This document shows, in pieces, positions 18,892-35,063 of a stretch of 64,000 bases of DNA. Where the stretch lies: positions 1 through 64,000 of the forward strand of contig CM000155.2 in the NCBI GenBank assembly GCA_000004695.1. Reading direction: 5' to 3'. The notes beneath the pieces are model-generated. The model was not told where the DNA came from and searched no databases. It worked only from the letters and a program-made list of their open reading frames with translations. How positions within the stretch are numbered: the stretch's first letter is position 1; the number at the start of each line of letters is the position of its first letter. The stretch comes from Dictyostelium discoideum. Taxonomy: Eukaryota. The position numbers were made by a program, and so were the translations under genes.

Positions 18892-19057
18892 ATGGATGAC
18901 ACAAAAGCTGAAATTTCGTTTGACGTTATTTATGATGATTTACCATTACCAATTAGTTTACCATTGAACGCCACTGTATTGGATTTAAAAAATCAGCTCG
19001 AGCAATATACTGGGATACCTTCAAACCATCAGCTTATATTAAATATACCTGATAATG
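18892..19057 (+). CDS. FAF1-like UBX-domain protein, exon 1 (ubiquitin-like N-terminus)
   Basis: MDDTKAEISFDVIYDDLPLPISLPLNATVLDLKNQLEQYTGIPSNHQLILNIPDNG, then GTGGGT and an AT-rich intron. Confidence 0.5.
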
Positions 19058-19092
19058 GTGGGTTGTTTATTTTTTTTTTTAATAATTTTTTA

Positions 19093-19190
<98 letters not shown>

Positions 19191-19255
19191 CAAAAATAAA
19201 ATATTTAATATTAATTTTTTTTTTTTTAAAAAAAATAATTGAACAATAAAAAAAG

Positions 19256-19405
19256 CTAAAGATAATAGTGTATTAGCCTCAATAGATTTAAAGAATATTG
19301 AAATGATTCAAATACCACCAGAACAACAAAGTTCTGAAAAGCCACAAGATGTAAATACAATGATTGAAAGAATAGCTGTTGATGATGATAATGATGATGA
19401 TAGTA

Positions 19406-19466
<61 letters not shown>

Positions 19467-20297
19467 TAATAGTAGTAATATTGAAAATAGTATAAATAAT
19501 GTTGAAGATGATAATGATGATGATGATGATGTTTTTATGCAAGGATCGAATGGTTATGAAAGAATAGGTAGTAATTTACAACATAACCTACAACACACAA
19601 CACATACATCCACCACAACAAATAATGGTATCACAACAACAACCACCACCACCACTATAACAACACCCAATGGTGTACAACAACAACAGCAACAAACAAC
19701 CTATTCAACATACTCAAATACAGGCTCACCATTGTTGGTGGGAAATAACCCTACAGCAGGATTAACAACTGCATCTGGTTATGTTCCATCTCCTTTTGCA
19801 ACTAATTTCTTCCCAGAAACTGACCAATTGTCAGCACAAAATTTAATAGATTTTTTGGACCAACTTTATTATCCAACCTTCTCTAATGATATATTTCAAC
19901 AGTATTCTGTTGTTGTACCAGATTCATTTAGTGGAAGTTTCAAAGATGCCCTTAACTTTGCAAAGAAAAGTGGCAAGTTGGTTTTAACTTATTTACACAG
20001 TGATAACCAAATCTCTCTCTCCTTTATTTTGGATATACTAAGGAGTGAGGAGGTTTTAGAATTCATTAAAGAAAACTTTGTATTTTGGGTAGCAAAAATT
20101 ACACCAGAGGCTGAATCTTTCCTATTTTCATTGGTACAATTTGAAAGCTATCCTATCGTTGTCACTCTTTCAAATTTAGGTTCACCAGAGATATTGGAAG
20201 TATCTCAAGGTTGTACAGAAAAAGAAGTATTTTTCCAAAATATGGTAAATCATTTGACTTCAAACCAAGTAGATTTAGATAGAGTTAGATTAGAAGA
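19256..20297 (+). CDS. FAF1-like UBX protein, exon 2 (N/D-rich linker, UAS/thioredoxin-like domain). The 3' splice site is ambiguous (19256 or 19262).
   Basis: ...KLVLTYLHSDNQISLSFILDILRSEEVLEFIKENFVFWVAKITPEAESFLFSLVQFESYPIVVTL (UAS-like). Exon ends ga|GTGAGT. Confidence 0.55.
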
Positions 20298-20367
20298 GTG
20301 AGTAATTTTTAAAAAAAAAAAAAAAAAAAAAAGAGTCCAAATTTACTAATGTATTATTATTAAATAG

Positions 20368-20629
20368 AGAGGAAAATGATAGAGCCAGAATGATTGTTCA
20401 AGAACAAGATGAAGCATATGAAGAATCTTTAAGAGCAGACAAAGAGAAAAAAGAAAAAGCAGAAAAAGAACGTATTGATTTTGAAAATAAAAAGATTGAA
20501 AAGCTTAGTAAAGGTGCTTTGGTTCCTGAAGAGCCAGCAAAAGGACCAAATTCTACTCAAATAGTTTTTAAATTACCAGACGACTCAAAATTAGAAAGAA
20601 GATTTAATTCAGATGATAAAATTGAAATG
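20368..20629 (+). CDS. FAF1-like UBX protein, exon 3 (coiled-coil and UBX N-terminal half)
   Basis: EENDRARMIVQEQDEAYEESLRADKEKKEKAEKER...FKLPDDSKLERRFNSDDKIEM, then GTATTA. Confidence 0.55.
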
Positions 20630-20711
20630 GTATTATTTTATTAAAATGATTATTATTATTTATTAATTATTATAATTAACATATATATATATATATTTTT
20701 ATTTTTATTAG

Positions 20712-20873
20712 TTATGTAATTACTTAGATGGTCAAGGATGTGAAATAGATAATTATCAATTCGTTACAATGTACCCAAAAAAAGTATTCAAGAAACCAGA
20801 CTTTAATCAAACCCTCAAAGAAGCAGGTTTATCTCCGCAATCAATTTTAAATGTTAGATCTGCTGATGATTAA
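20712..20873 (+). CDS. FAF1-like UBX protein, exon 4 (UBX C-terminal half)
   Basis: LCNYLDGQGCEIDNYQFVTMYPKKVFKKPDFNQTLKEAGLSPQSILNVRSADD*. Confidence 0.55.
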   Translation, partial: LCNYLDGQGCEIDNYQFVTMYPKKVFKKPDFNQTLKEAGLSPQSILNVRSADD

Positions 20874-21628
20874 TACTTTTTTTAATTTATTAAATAAAAA
20901 AAAAAAACCGCATACAAAATAGTGCCTGTATATCTAAAATTATTAATTATAGTTATCTTATTTTTTGTTTTTTTAAAAAAAAAAAAATTTTATTTAATTT
21001 TCCGAATATATGCACAACTGATTATTATTTTTTTTTTTTTTTTTTGAAAAATGATTTAAATGGATTTAGTAGATAAATAAAGCTCAAAATATAAGAAATC
21101 ATATAAAATACAAAAAAACAATCAAATCAATTTTTTTATTTTTTTTTTTGAAATCTATTTTTTTATATAAATTAATTCTCTACGAAATAAAAAAAAACAA
21201 AAAATGAAATATAAATAATATTCTCAAAATAAAAGTTTTGGTTGAAAAAAAAAAAAAAAAAAGAATGGCTACATTCAATTTTTATATTTTATATCATTTT
21301 GTGTATTTTTGAGTGCTTTATTTTTAAAAACTAAATTCATGTTAAAAATAAATAAAAATAAATGATTGTTAAAAAAAAAATAAAAAAAAAAATAAAAAAA
21401 AATGAAAATATTTTTTTTTTTATGTGTCAGTATATTATTTTTAATTTTGTTTTTATTTTTATTTTTCAGTTTTTTTGTTATTTTTATTTTTATTTTTATT
21501 TTTATTTTTATTTTTATTTTTATTTTTTTTATCCACTCTGTATTATCCTCAATTATATTATTAGTTCACTATTTTGATTACTATTCTTTTTTTATTTTTG
21601 GAAAAAAAAAACAAAAAAAAAAAAAAAA

Positions 21629-21967
21629 ATGCAAGAAACAATTAATCACATGGATATAATTATTTCTACAGCAGATGGCGCATCACCAATTAAAAGAGAT
21701 TCTTATAAACCAAATTTGGAGAATCCAAGAAGAATTATAATGTTTGACGGAGTTTGTAATGTTTGTGATGGGTTTGTACAATTTGTGTTTCCAAGAGATA
21801 TTGCCAAAAGATTTTCATTTCAAGCACTTCAAACTGAAAAAGGAAAAGAAATATTGGATTACTATGGTATACCATGTGACATGTCATCAATTATTTTAGT
21901 CGATGAGGCTGATGGTAAACACTATACCAAATCGACTGCAGTTTTAAATATTTTATTTTTTTTAAAG
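21629..21967 (+). CDS. Thiol-disulfide oxidoreductase DCC (DUF393) family protein, exon 1
   Basis: IMFDGVCNVCDGFVQFVFPRDIAKRFSFQALQTEKGKEIL matches the DCC family signature (FDG-C-LC---V-F). Exon ends aag|GTAAAT. Confidence 0.6.
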
Positions 21968-22044
21968 GTAAATTTATTTATCAAACTTTGAAAAAAAAAA
22001 AAAAAAAAAAAAAAANAACCTTATTATTTATCTTTAAAAAAAAG

Positions 22045-22263
22045 GCACCATATAGCTACTTTTATTCATTCTATTTTATCCCACCAATAATTCGAGATTT
22101 TGGATATGATTTTTTTGCAACTTATAGATACTTAATTTTGGGAAAAAAAGATTCTTGTTTTTTTTCACCTTCCATGGCCTCACGTTTTATCTGTTTCAAA
22201 AGTAAAATGATGGATTTGACCCAAAAAAATTTGTTAAAAAAAAAAAAAAAAAAAATTAATTAA
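22045..22263 (+). CDS. DCC (DUF393) family protein, exon 2. The intron contains an 'n' at 22016.
   Basis: APYSYFYSFYFIPPIIRDFGYDFFATYRYLILGKKDSC... matches the DCC C-terminal motif (RD-Y---A--RY---G). Confidence 0.5.
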   Translation, partial: APYSYFYSFYFIPPIIRDFGYDFFATYRYLILGKKDSCFFSPSMASRFICFKSKMMDLTQKNLLKKKKKKIN

Positions 22264-22275
22264 TTAATTAATTAA

Positions 22276-22327
<52 letters not shown>

Positions 22328-22451
22328 AAAAATTGGAAAAAAAAAAAAATCCATTTTTCTTTGACATCGACGATTATGATCAATCACAATGCAAATTTTA
22401 TTGTAATTGTTTTGATCCAAAAAAAAAAAAAAAAAACCCCAAAAATTTTTT

Positions 22452-22483
<32 letters not shown>

Positions 22484-22613
22484 TTTTTCTGTATTGTTAA
22501 AAAAAAAAAAAATTTATTAATCAAAAACAAAAATTCATCACATTTTTGATATATATTATTTTAATTATATCTTTTTTATTATTGTCAATATAAACTGACA
22601 TTTGGCAAAATTT

Positions 22614-22648
<35 letters not shown>

Positions 22649-22759
22649 ATAATCACACTGTCAGTTATATTTTTATTTTTCTTTTCTTTTTAATTTTTTA
22701 ATTTTTTTTTTTTTTTTTTTTTTTTTAATGCCACATGCTGGGGAAAGAGATTAAATATA

Positions 22760-23117
22760 ATGATTGAAACATTACCAACCTTACCAAAAGTTGGCGGGGA
22801 CGAGGAAATAACAAATAAAAAGGTTATACAACCAATTCCAATAAAAGAAAAAAGTAATGTAAGAGAGCTTAAAAGATTATTTGAATCAAAAAAATCCTCT
22901 GTAAGCTCCCCACTGAAAATATTACCCAACTTTAGTAAGAAAAATAAAGAAAATGGAGAGGAGTTAGCAATTAATGATAGTCTTTTACCCCCACCAGCAA
23001 CACCAACATCCAAAACACAAACCATTACTACCAATAACACAACCACAGTTAATTTGGATAACATTATCTCACAGGCTGATAGAAAGTATTATTTTTATGT
23101 TAATGAAGCAATAAGAA
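22760..23117 (+). CDS. RNI-type leucine-rich-repeat protein with long Asn-rich tracts, exon 1
   Basis: ORF MIETLPTLPKVGGDEE...EAIRS, then GTATGT. The intron holds a 96-bp (ATT)n tract. Confidence 0.5.
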
Positions 23118-23132
23118 GTATGTATCAATATC

Positions 23133-23233
<101 letters not shown>

Positions 23234-23298
23234 AGAAAAACAACAATCAAAAAATTAATTTTATCAAACAAACAATAACAACATAAATTTATATATAG

Positions 23299-27692
<4,394 letters not shown>

Positions 27693-28139
27693 GAATCATA
27701 TTTGTTTTAATAAAAATAAAATTTTGTTTTTTTTTTTTTTTTTTTTAATCAAATAATAATTAATAATAAAAAATAAATAAAAATAATGTAACAATAGTAA
27801 ATTAATAATTCTAATAAATTAAAAAAAAAAAAAAAAAAAAATTTCTTTATATAAAACTTTTTTTTTTTTTTTTTATTTGCAGTGATCACATTTTTTATAA
27901 TTTAAGCATATTTCCTTTTATTTTATTTTATTTTATTTTATTTTATTTTATTTTTTTTATTTTATTTTATTTTATTTTATTTTTTTTATTTTATTTTATT
28001 TTATTTTATTTTATTTTATTTTATTTTATTTTATTTTTTTTGTATTGACCACATTTTTTAATTTTTTTAATTTTTTTTATTTTTTTTTTAATTTTAAGTA
28101 ATTTCTTTTTTTTTTTTTTTCCATACTCTAATAACAAAA

Positions 28140-28163
28140 ATGCCTCGTATTTTACACACTATG
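28140..28163 (+). CDS. gloA: Glyoxalase I (lactoylglutathione lyase, bacterial GloA type), exon 1
   Basis: MPRILHTM, then GTATTA. By memory this matches E. coli GloA MRLLHTMLRVGDLQRS. Confidence 0.7.
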
Positions 28164-28237
28164 GTATTATTTTTTTATCTACTTATTTTTATTATTATTA
28201 TTTGTGTCAATTAACTAATTTTTTTTTTTTTTTTTAG

Positions 28238-28331
28238 CTCCGTGTGGGTAATTTAGAAAAATCTTTACAATTTTATATTGATGTTTTGGGAATGAAATTG
28301 TTGAGAAAGAGTGAAAATGTTGAATATAAAT
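28238..28331 (+). CDS. gloA: Glyoxalase I, exon 2
   Basis: [31 protein letters not shown], then t|GTATGT. Confidence 0.7.
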
Positions 28332-28466
28332 GTATGTTAGCAAATTTTATTGATTCCCACGATTTTGTAATTATAGATTAAAATAATTATCAGATCATTA
28401 ATTATTTTTTTTTTTATTTTTATAATTTTTTTTTTTTTTTTTTATCTTTTTAATATGTGGAAACAG

Positions 28467-28759
28467 ATACATTAGCATTTGTTGGATACACTAATGAGGA
28501 TGAGAATGCAGTAATCGAGTTAACATATAATTGGGGTGTTGAAAAATACGAATTAGGAACTGCCTTTGGTCACATAGCAATTGGAGTTGATGATGTATAT
28601 GAAACTGTTGAAAGAATTAGAAAGAGCGGAGGTAAAGTTGCAAGAGAAGCTGCTCCAGTTTTAGGTGGAACAACTGTCATCGCTTTTGTTGAGGATCCAG
28701 ACAACTATAAAATCGAATTGATTCAAGATGACCAAGCCACTCAAGGTCTTGGCAAATAA
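28467..28759 (+). CDS. gloA: Glyoxalase I, exon 3
   Basis: (Y)[86 protein letters not shown]. This is near-collinear with E. coli GloA ([51 protein letters not shown]). Confidence 0.75.
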
Positions 28760-29252
28760 ATAATATTGCTATCAAATATTGATCAATCGCCTTTTGATGG
28801 AGAACAAACATTAAAACCATAAAATGTTTTATTTTTACAATTTTTATTAATTAAATTTTACATATAAATAGTATTTTTATTTTATTCTTTTTCTTTTAAA
28901 AATTTTTTATATTGTCAACAATATAATCAAATAAATGTATTTAATTATCGGGTATTAAAAAAATTTATTGATATACAATTAAAATTTGTATTTATTTTGG
29001 TTAATAAAATATTTTTTATACTTTTTTTTTTTTTTTTATATTTTCTTTTTTTATAAATATATATATATTATTATTTTTTTCTTTTTTTTTTTTTTTTTTT
29101 ATTACATATAATTTAAAAAAAAAGAAAAAAAAGAAATATGAGTCTCATAAAAAAAAAAAAAAATTTTATTTAATATACAAAAACTAAAAAATTAAAAGAA
29201 AATTTTTTTAGCTGATCCCTTTTTGGAAAGGGATAGGGGATGAATTGATAAT

Positions 29253-29648
29253 TTATTGTCTCATTAAAATTCCGACAATTTTTCCACTTGCAACACCACA
29301 ACCAGTGTAATCACCACGACCACAATCTGAAATGGCGGATTTGAAATCGGAAGTTAAACTGTGGGAGTTGTGGAAAATATCGATGACTTCATGAATAATG
29401 AGTTTGATGATACCAGTTTCGTTGGTAACTTCTTTTGAAATGGCAGAGATTTCACTAATGAATTTTCCAACACCACATCTTTGGTAGGTTTTGACCAAAT
29501 CAACTAAACCAATACCAAAATCACGGAGACCACTCTTTGCATCACCTAATGATTTATGTTTCAAACCACTATCAATTAAATGGAAGGAATTTGAGAATTC
29601 ACTGAAACTTGATTCGGCTGCAGCAACACATTTATGAAGATTACCAGT
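29253..29648 (-). CDS. Small secreted protein, exon 2. Unknown family. It has 4 Cys and a helical amphipathic look.
   Basis: 3' splice site tatatag|act. TGNLHKCVAAAESSFSEFSNSFHLIDSGLKHKSLGDAKSGLRDFGIGLVDLVKTYQRCGVGKF...GDYTGCGVASGKIVGILMRQ*. Confidence 0.5.
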   Translation of the reverse strand, partial: TGNLHKCVAAAESSFSEFSNSFHLIDSGLKHKSLGDAKSGLRDFGIGLVDLVKTYQRCGVGKFISEISAISKEVTNETGIIKLIIHEVIDIFHNSHSLTSDFKSAISDCGRGDYTGCGVASGKIVGILMRQ

Positions 29649-29730
29649 CTATATATAAAATTTAATATCATTAGAGAATGTAAAATAAAATTGTATATAA
29701 TATAATTTAATATCAAATAAAAAATGTTTG

Positions 29731-29774
<44 letters not shown>

Positions 29775-29814
29775 GTTTTTGGGAAAACTATAAAATAATA
29801 AATTTTAAACTTAC

Positions 29815-29985
29815 CAAACTAATTTCAATACCCTCTGCAAAGCCGATAGCGAATGAACTAAAGTCACGAGCTGATTGTAATTCGGTTTGAGATACTTCAT
29901 TCTTGTCAACATTGATACCAAATGATGATGAGACTAAGCCCAAAATTAAAACTAAAACTAAAATGAATCTCATTTTGTAATACAA
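29815..29985 (-). CDS. Small secreted protein, exon 1 (signal peptide)
   Basis: MRFILVLVLILGLVSSSFGINVDKNEVSQTELQSARDFSSFAIGFAEGIEISL, then GTAAGT. Confidence 0.5.
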
Positions 29986-30499
29986 AAGTAAAAGTACAAA
30001 TAAAGTGAAATAAATAAATTGATTGATAAAAATATAAAATGATAAAAATAAAAATAAAAAAAGTTTTTATAGGCAACCAAATTTGCAAAAAAAAAAATAA
30101 AAAATAAAATAAAAAATAAAAATTTAAAAAAAAATAAAAAAGATTCGAAAAATACTGGTTTTTAGATATTTTATTCAACTTACCAGGGTACCAAAAACTC
30201 CATAAAAAAAAAAAAATCTTTTTGGTAAAATCATCATCTCGGGTTGTGCAACCCATAATAAATCCCAATTTTTTTTTTAAAATTAGGATATGTTTGAATA
30301 AAACATTTTACAATTTTTTTTTTTTTTTAATCAAAAACAAAAAAAAAAAAAATATAAAAATAAAAATTTTTGCTCAACAATGTCAAAAAAAATTTTATTT
30401 GAAAATTTTTTTTTTTATTACTGCTGATTAAATTTTTAAGTGATTGGGTGTTTTTTTGAAATTTTTTTATTTTATTTTTTTTTTGTTGGAGTATTATGC

Positions 30500-31450
30500 G
30501 TAAATGATACACCATTGGGACTCGTTGAATTACAACCGCGTTAACTGATAAATTTTTACCACCAAATTCATTTTTTCTTAATTGACATTGATTTAAAATA
30601 CAAATAGTTTATCACCAATCGTAATTAATGGGTCAATAATGAATTTAAAGTTGAGGATAATTTTCACCTTTGATTGTTACAATACCACCTAAATATTTGA
30701 TATTGGTGATATTGATGTTAGTATATCTGGGAAACAATGAATTTAATTATTGAAAACTATCTACAGTAATATTAGGGTCAACTCTATTAAAGTTATTCAC
30801 TTGGATTAACTGAAATAATAAAATTGGGCGATTAATACAAACCCTAACCAATTTTTTATCTGTAAAGAAGTTATCACCATTAATTGTCATTATTTGGTTA
30901 ATGAGTCTGAAAGAGTACTTGATATTTTAGGTGATTCATAAGAAAATAGTAAAGTGATATCCTCAAGACCATCATGGGACAATTCAAAAACTCCATGACC
31001 TGGTGGAAATATTACATTAATATTATTACAATCAAAAGATGTAATTTCTCTGAGAAATTAGATTTAACAACAAATGAATAAACTTCAAAGGTATTTAGAA
31101 GGAGATTTGGACCACCTATGAATTTTAAATAAGTGTCACAGTAATTACTATTTCTTCGCCAGATGTTTTTGGTTTTTTTCACTTATTTCAAATTAAATTG
31201 TAATGGAAATTTAATTAAATATGAAATCTTAAATGAACAATTATCCACTATAATTGGCACATCTTATACTACCCCATAATCTTGATAATGGCTCATCTGG
31301 TTGGAATGCACAATGTCTCTTGTTAGCAATAACTAATTGTGGTGTGGTTAATAAGAGACATAGTGTATTCCACCCAGATGAGGCATTATCTATTCATTTA
31401 ATAAGGATCGTTATATTTGCAGTTGATCTCGATTCATCCATTTTTTAAAA
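30500..31450 (-). pseudogene. Decayed coding region. The minus-strand segments look like a parallel beta-helix (PbH1-type) repeat protein and are broken by at least 4 frame changes.
   Basis: GC is noticeably higher than the flanks. Minus-frame pieces: [115 protein letters not shown]. No M-to-stop ORF longer than 60 aa exists on either strand in the track. Confidence 0.3.
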
Positions 31451-31750
31451 TTAGTAATAAAAATTATAGATTGTTAATCATAAAAAATAAATAAACATAA
31501 CTTTTTTCATATTAAAAGAAAAAAAAAAAAAACCAAAAAAAAAAATTTCAAAAAAAACACAACCATTCAAAAATTATCAGTTATTATTATTTTAGGCAGG
31601 AATAAAAAAAAAAAAAAAATAAAAATAAAAAATTTTGATTTAACAAAAATGTCAAGAATTTTTATTTGAAATTTTATTATTGTTATTATTATTATTATTT
31701 TTATTTTTATTTTTATTTTTACACTCCAATTTGTTTGGAAAAAAAAAATT

Positions 31751-32010
31751 TCAATGTTTAATAGCACAATCATAACACATTGGTTGATTTTCAATTTCAT
31801 AATAATTTAAGTTTGGGAAAACAGTTTGGCATCCACGACACACGAAACATTTACCATTGTTGTGATATTTAGATCCTAATACTTTAATGACACCATCTGA
31901 TTTTGAGTCAATCTCTTGGTGACATTGATCACATTTTTCGTATTTTGTTTTAGTTATGTTTTGAATACATGTTGCACACCATGGTTTACTTTCATATTGA
32001 TAAAATTCAT
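31751..32010 (-). CDS. WH2/LIM protein, exon 4 (completes LIM2, then LIM3, then stop). The intron contains a 60-nt poly(A) tract.
   Basis: 3' splice site aaaaaatag|at. (N)EFYQYESKPWCATCIQNITKTKYEKCDQCHQEIDSKSDGVIKVLGSKYHNNGKCFVCRGCQTVFPNLNYYEIENQPMCYDCAIKH*. Confidence 0.6.
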
Positions 32011-32052
32011 CTATTTTTTTTTTAAAAAAAAAAAAAATTAGTTATCTTTGTG

Positions 32053-32113
<61 letters not shown>

Positions 32114-32136
32114 AAATCTCTTTAAAAAATACTTAC

Positions 32137-33679
32137 TATCTGGGAAAGAAGAGTGGCAATTGCTGCATACAAAACATTCTGAATGAAAAGTATTATTCAT
32201 TGCTGAAACAACAGTACCATAGATTGGTTTTTCACAAACATTACAGATTTTGTGAACAACGAATTTTCTATCATAACAAACTTCACAAAATGGTTGACCT
32301 TCATGAGAAACAAAGTTTTGGATACCAGTATTACATTCAACACATGTAAAATGTTCAATATGCCATGCTTGATCTAATGCTTTGAAATGATTTCCTTCAA
32401 TGCCTCCACCACATCTTGCACATACTAATTCACCATTTTCACCATCCAATTTTCTTGGTGATTTATTGAGACTATTGGATGAGTTTTGATGTGAAATTGG
32501 TGGTGGATTTGGTTTATGTGAATCTTGTTCTTTATGAATATGATTTGTAGCTGTTGTTTTTTGTTGATGTTGATGTTGATGTTGTTGATGTTGATGTTGA
32601 TGTTGTATTTCAGGTGCTGGTGTTGGTGCAGAATGAGTATGTTTATGTTCTGGTTCTTTTGGAATGGTTGGTGGTGGAATTGGAACTGGTGATGGAGTTG
32701 GTTTTGCATCATTGTTTTCATTATTTGGTTGAGGTTTTGCAATTGGTGGTGGAATATTGAAAACTGCAGGTGTTTTTGGTGATGATGTATTAGTTGGAGT
32801 GGTTGGATTTGAAGTATTAGCTGGTATAGTGGATGATGCTGGCACTGGTGCTGGTGTAGAAGCATTGACAGCAGCCGGTTTTTTAGCGGATGAAACTACT
32901 GGAGCAGGTTTCATTGTTGGTGTAGCAGAAGATGTAACAACCTTCTTTGGTGGTGCCACTTGAACTGATGCACTTTGAACTACTTTACCAATTGGTGATA
33001 TTGGGCCAGAGCCTGGTTTGACCCAATTGGCTGGTGTGCCACCTGCTGGTTTTGAAATATTACTAGTTGTGGTAACTTTTGGTGGTGCAGTAGTAGTTGA
33101 TGATGATGATGATGATGTGGTATGAGTAGTGGTGGTTGGTGTATGTTTAACAGTTGTAGAAGTGGCAGTAGTAGTAATAGTATTTGTAGGAGTATGTTTA
33201 GTACCATCACCTGGTAAAATTGTATGTTCACTAACAACACCACTATCATTTGCTGAAGGTTGTGGCCCATTTGAATCATGGCTTGGTTTTTGGATTGGTG
33301 GTGGTATATCTATAACTGGTTTTGGTGGTGATGACGATGATGATGATGATGATGATGATGAAGTATTGGTGACAGGTGGAGTTGGTTTGGCAGTTGGTTC
33401 AGATGTAGTTCCAGCTGGTTTAGAAACTGGTGCACTTGGTTTAGCTGATACCTTGCTAATGACTGGAGCCTTTGAAATTACTGGTGCTGGTCTTAAAACA
33501 CCTGTAGATTGTTTAACAACTGGTTTTGAAATTGATATTGATGGTTTTGCAGTTGGTGTTGCGGTTGGTGCTGATGGCTTGAGTGGAGTTTGAATTGGTT
33601 TTGTTGTTGTGGTGGTTGTTGTGGAAGTAGTGTTTGTTGATGATACAGTTGTTGATGGTGTTGATTCTGCTGCAGTTCC
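32137..33679 (-). CDS. WH2/LIM protein, exon 3 (about 514 codons). It has a long Ser/Thr/Pro-rich mucin-like region, a His/Gln tract, and LIM1 with the first half of LIM2.
   Basis: The frame is open by manual translation from GTAAEST... through ...MAPPKKVVTSS.. (ORF 32042..32959) to ...CFVCSNCHSSFPD, then a|GTAAGT. LIM text: CARCGGGIEGNHFKALDQAWHIEHFTCVECNTGIQNFVSHEGQPFCEVC. Confidence 0.55.
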
Positions 33680-33968
33680 CTAAAAAAAAAAAAAAAATAA
33701 AAAAATAAAAATGAAAAATAGAAGAAAACTGTTAATTCCTTTCTTTTTTTTTTTTTTTCTTTATTTCAAATTATTGATTCCTATTAACTTTAGTATTATT
33801 GATTGATTATTTTGAAAAATTGGTTTTGCTGGATTTGAATTAAATTGATTTAAATTAAGAAAATTTTTGCTTTTTTTTTTTTTTTTTTTCTTTTATTTTA
33901 TTTTATTTTTTTCTTTTTTTTTTTTTTTTTTTTTTTTCTTTTGTTTTGTGGTAATTAAAATTATTTAC

Positions 33969-34099
33969 CTTTGTACTTCTTAATTTTGGCATTCCTCCTG
34001 AAAATATATCACCAAAGCCTTTTGGTCCATTTCCAGCTGGTTTAGATGATGAAACTCCAATTGATCCTGATGAAGCTCCTGAAGGTGGTGGTTTTGAAT
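33969..34099 (-). CDS. WH2/LIM protein, exon 2 (second WH2-like motif)
   Basis: 3' splice site ttctag|at. (D)SKPPPSGASSGSIGVSSSKPAGNGPKGFGDIFSGGMPKLRSTK, then GTAAAT. Confidence 0.5.
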
Positions 34100-34298
34100 C
34101 TAGAATTAAAGGAAGGATTTTGTTAACATTTTATTTTGAGAATTTTTAAAACAATAAAAAAAAAAAAAAAAAAAAAAAAAAACAGGAAATTTTTATTTTC
34201 GTTTTCATGTTTTTTTTTTTTTTTTCCAATGTCAAAAAGTCTTATTTTTTTTTTTTTTGATTTTTTTTTTTTGGATTAAATTTCAAAAAAAATCTTAC

Positions 34299-34467
34299 CA
34301 GCAGGTTTCTTTTCGTTTGTTTTAACTTTTTTTAATTTGCTTGAACTAAAACCTTCAATGGAACCCAATAAAGCTGATCTTCCTGGAGCGGATGATTTGC
34401 TTACAGGTGGTGGAGGTGGTGGTGCTGGTGCTGGTGGTGGAGGTGGAGGTGCAACTACTTCAGACAT
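34299..34467 (-). CDS. WH2 / proline-rich / 3xLIM protein, exon 1 (polyproline plus WH2 motif)
   Basis: MSEVVAPPPPPPAPAPPPPPPVSKSSAPGRSALLGSIEGFSSSKLKKVKTNEKKPA, then g|GTAAGA. Confidence 0.55.
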
Positions 34468-34544
34468 ATTGTTAACAGTTATGTATTGTTATTTATTAAA
34501 ATTTTATTATTTATTGTTATAGCCTTTAATTATTATAAAGAAGA

Positions 34545-34582
<38 letters not shown>

Positions 34583-35063
34583 AGTGAAAATAAAAAAAAA
34601 AAATAGAAAAAAAATAAATTAAAAAAATAAATAATAAATGATAGAAAAAGGTGGGTTTGTTTGTGGTGATTTGTGTGATTGTATTTTTTTTTTTTTAAAA
34701 AAATAATTTTTGAATTTTTTAAATAATTTTTTTAATTTTTTGTTTTTTTAATTTTTTTTTTTTTTATTTTTCTGAAATGAAATGGGTTTTTTAATTTTAT
34801 TTGAAAATTTTCTAATTTTAAAAATAAAAATGGAAAAAAATAATTAATCAAAAAAAAAAAAAAAATTCCAATAAGGAAATTAATAATAAAAATAAAATAA
34901 AAAATAAAAAATAAAAATAGAATTAATGACCGATTTCTTTTTAATATGACATTATTATTTATTTTATTTTTTTATTTTACACTTTATTGATTTATTTTTA
35001 TTTTATTTTTAATTTTTCATTATTATTTATTTTTTTATTATTTTATTAATTTTTTTTAATTAT

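Noticed and set aside
29906-30515. Phe/Lys-rich ORFs (29906..30268, 30222..30431, 30327..30515)
   Set aside because: AT-rich intergenic low-complexity sequence. No codon periodicity.
32020-32133. C-terminal 'KRFKFFFFFFFF...' extension of ORF 32042..32959
   Set aside because: It is intron read-through into a 60-nt poly(A). Splicing at GTAAGT (32131-32136) restores a canonical LIM domain.
32554-33593. Plus-strand ORFs 32554..32760, 32757..32963, 33129..33593 rich in Val/Gly/Asp
   Set aside because: They are antisense to the S/T/P-rich exon of the WH2/LIM gene. Their composition mirrors the sense strand.
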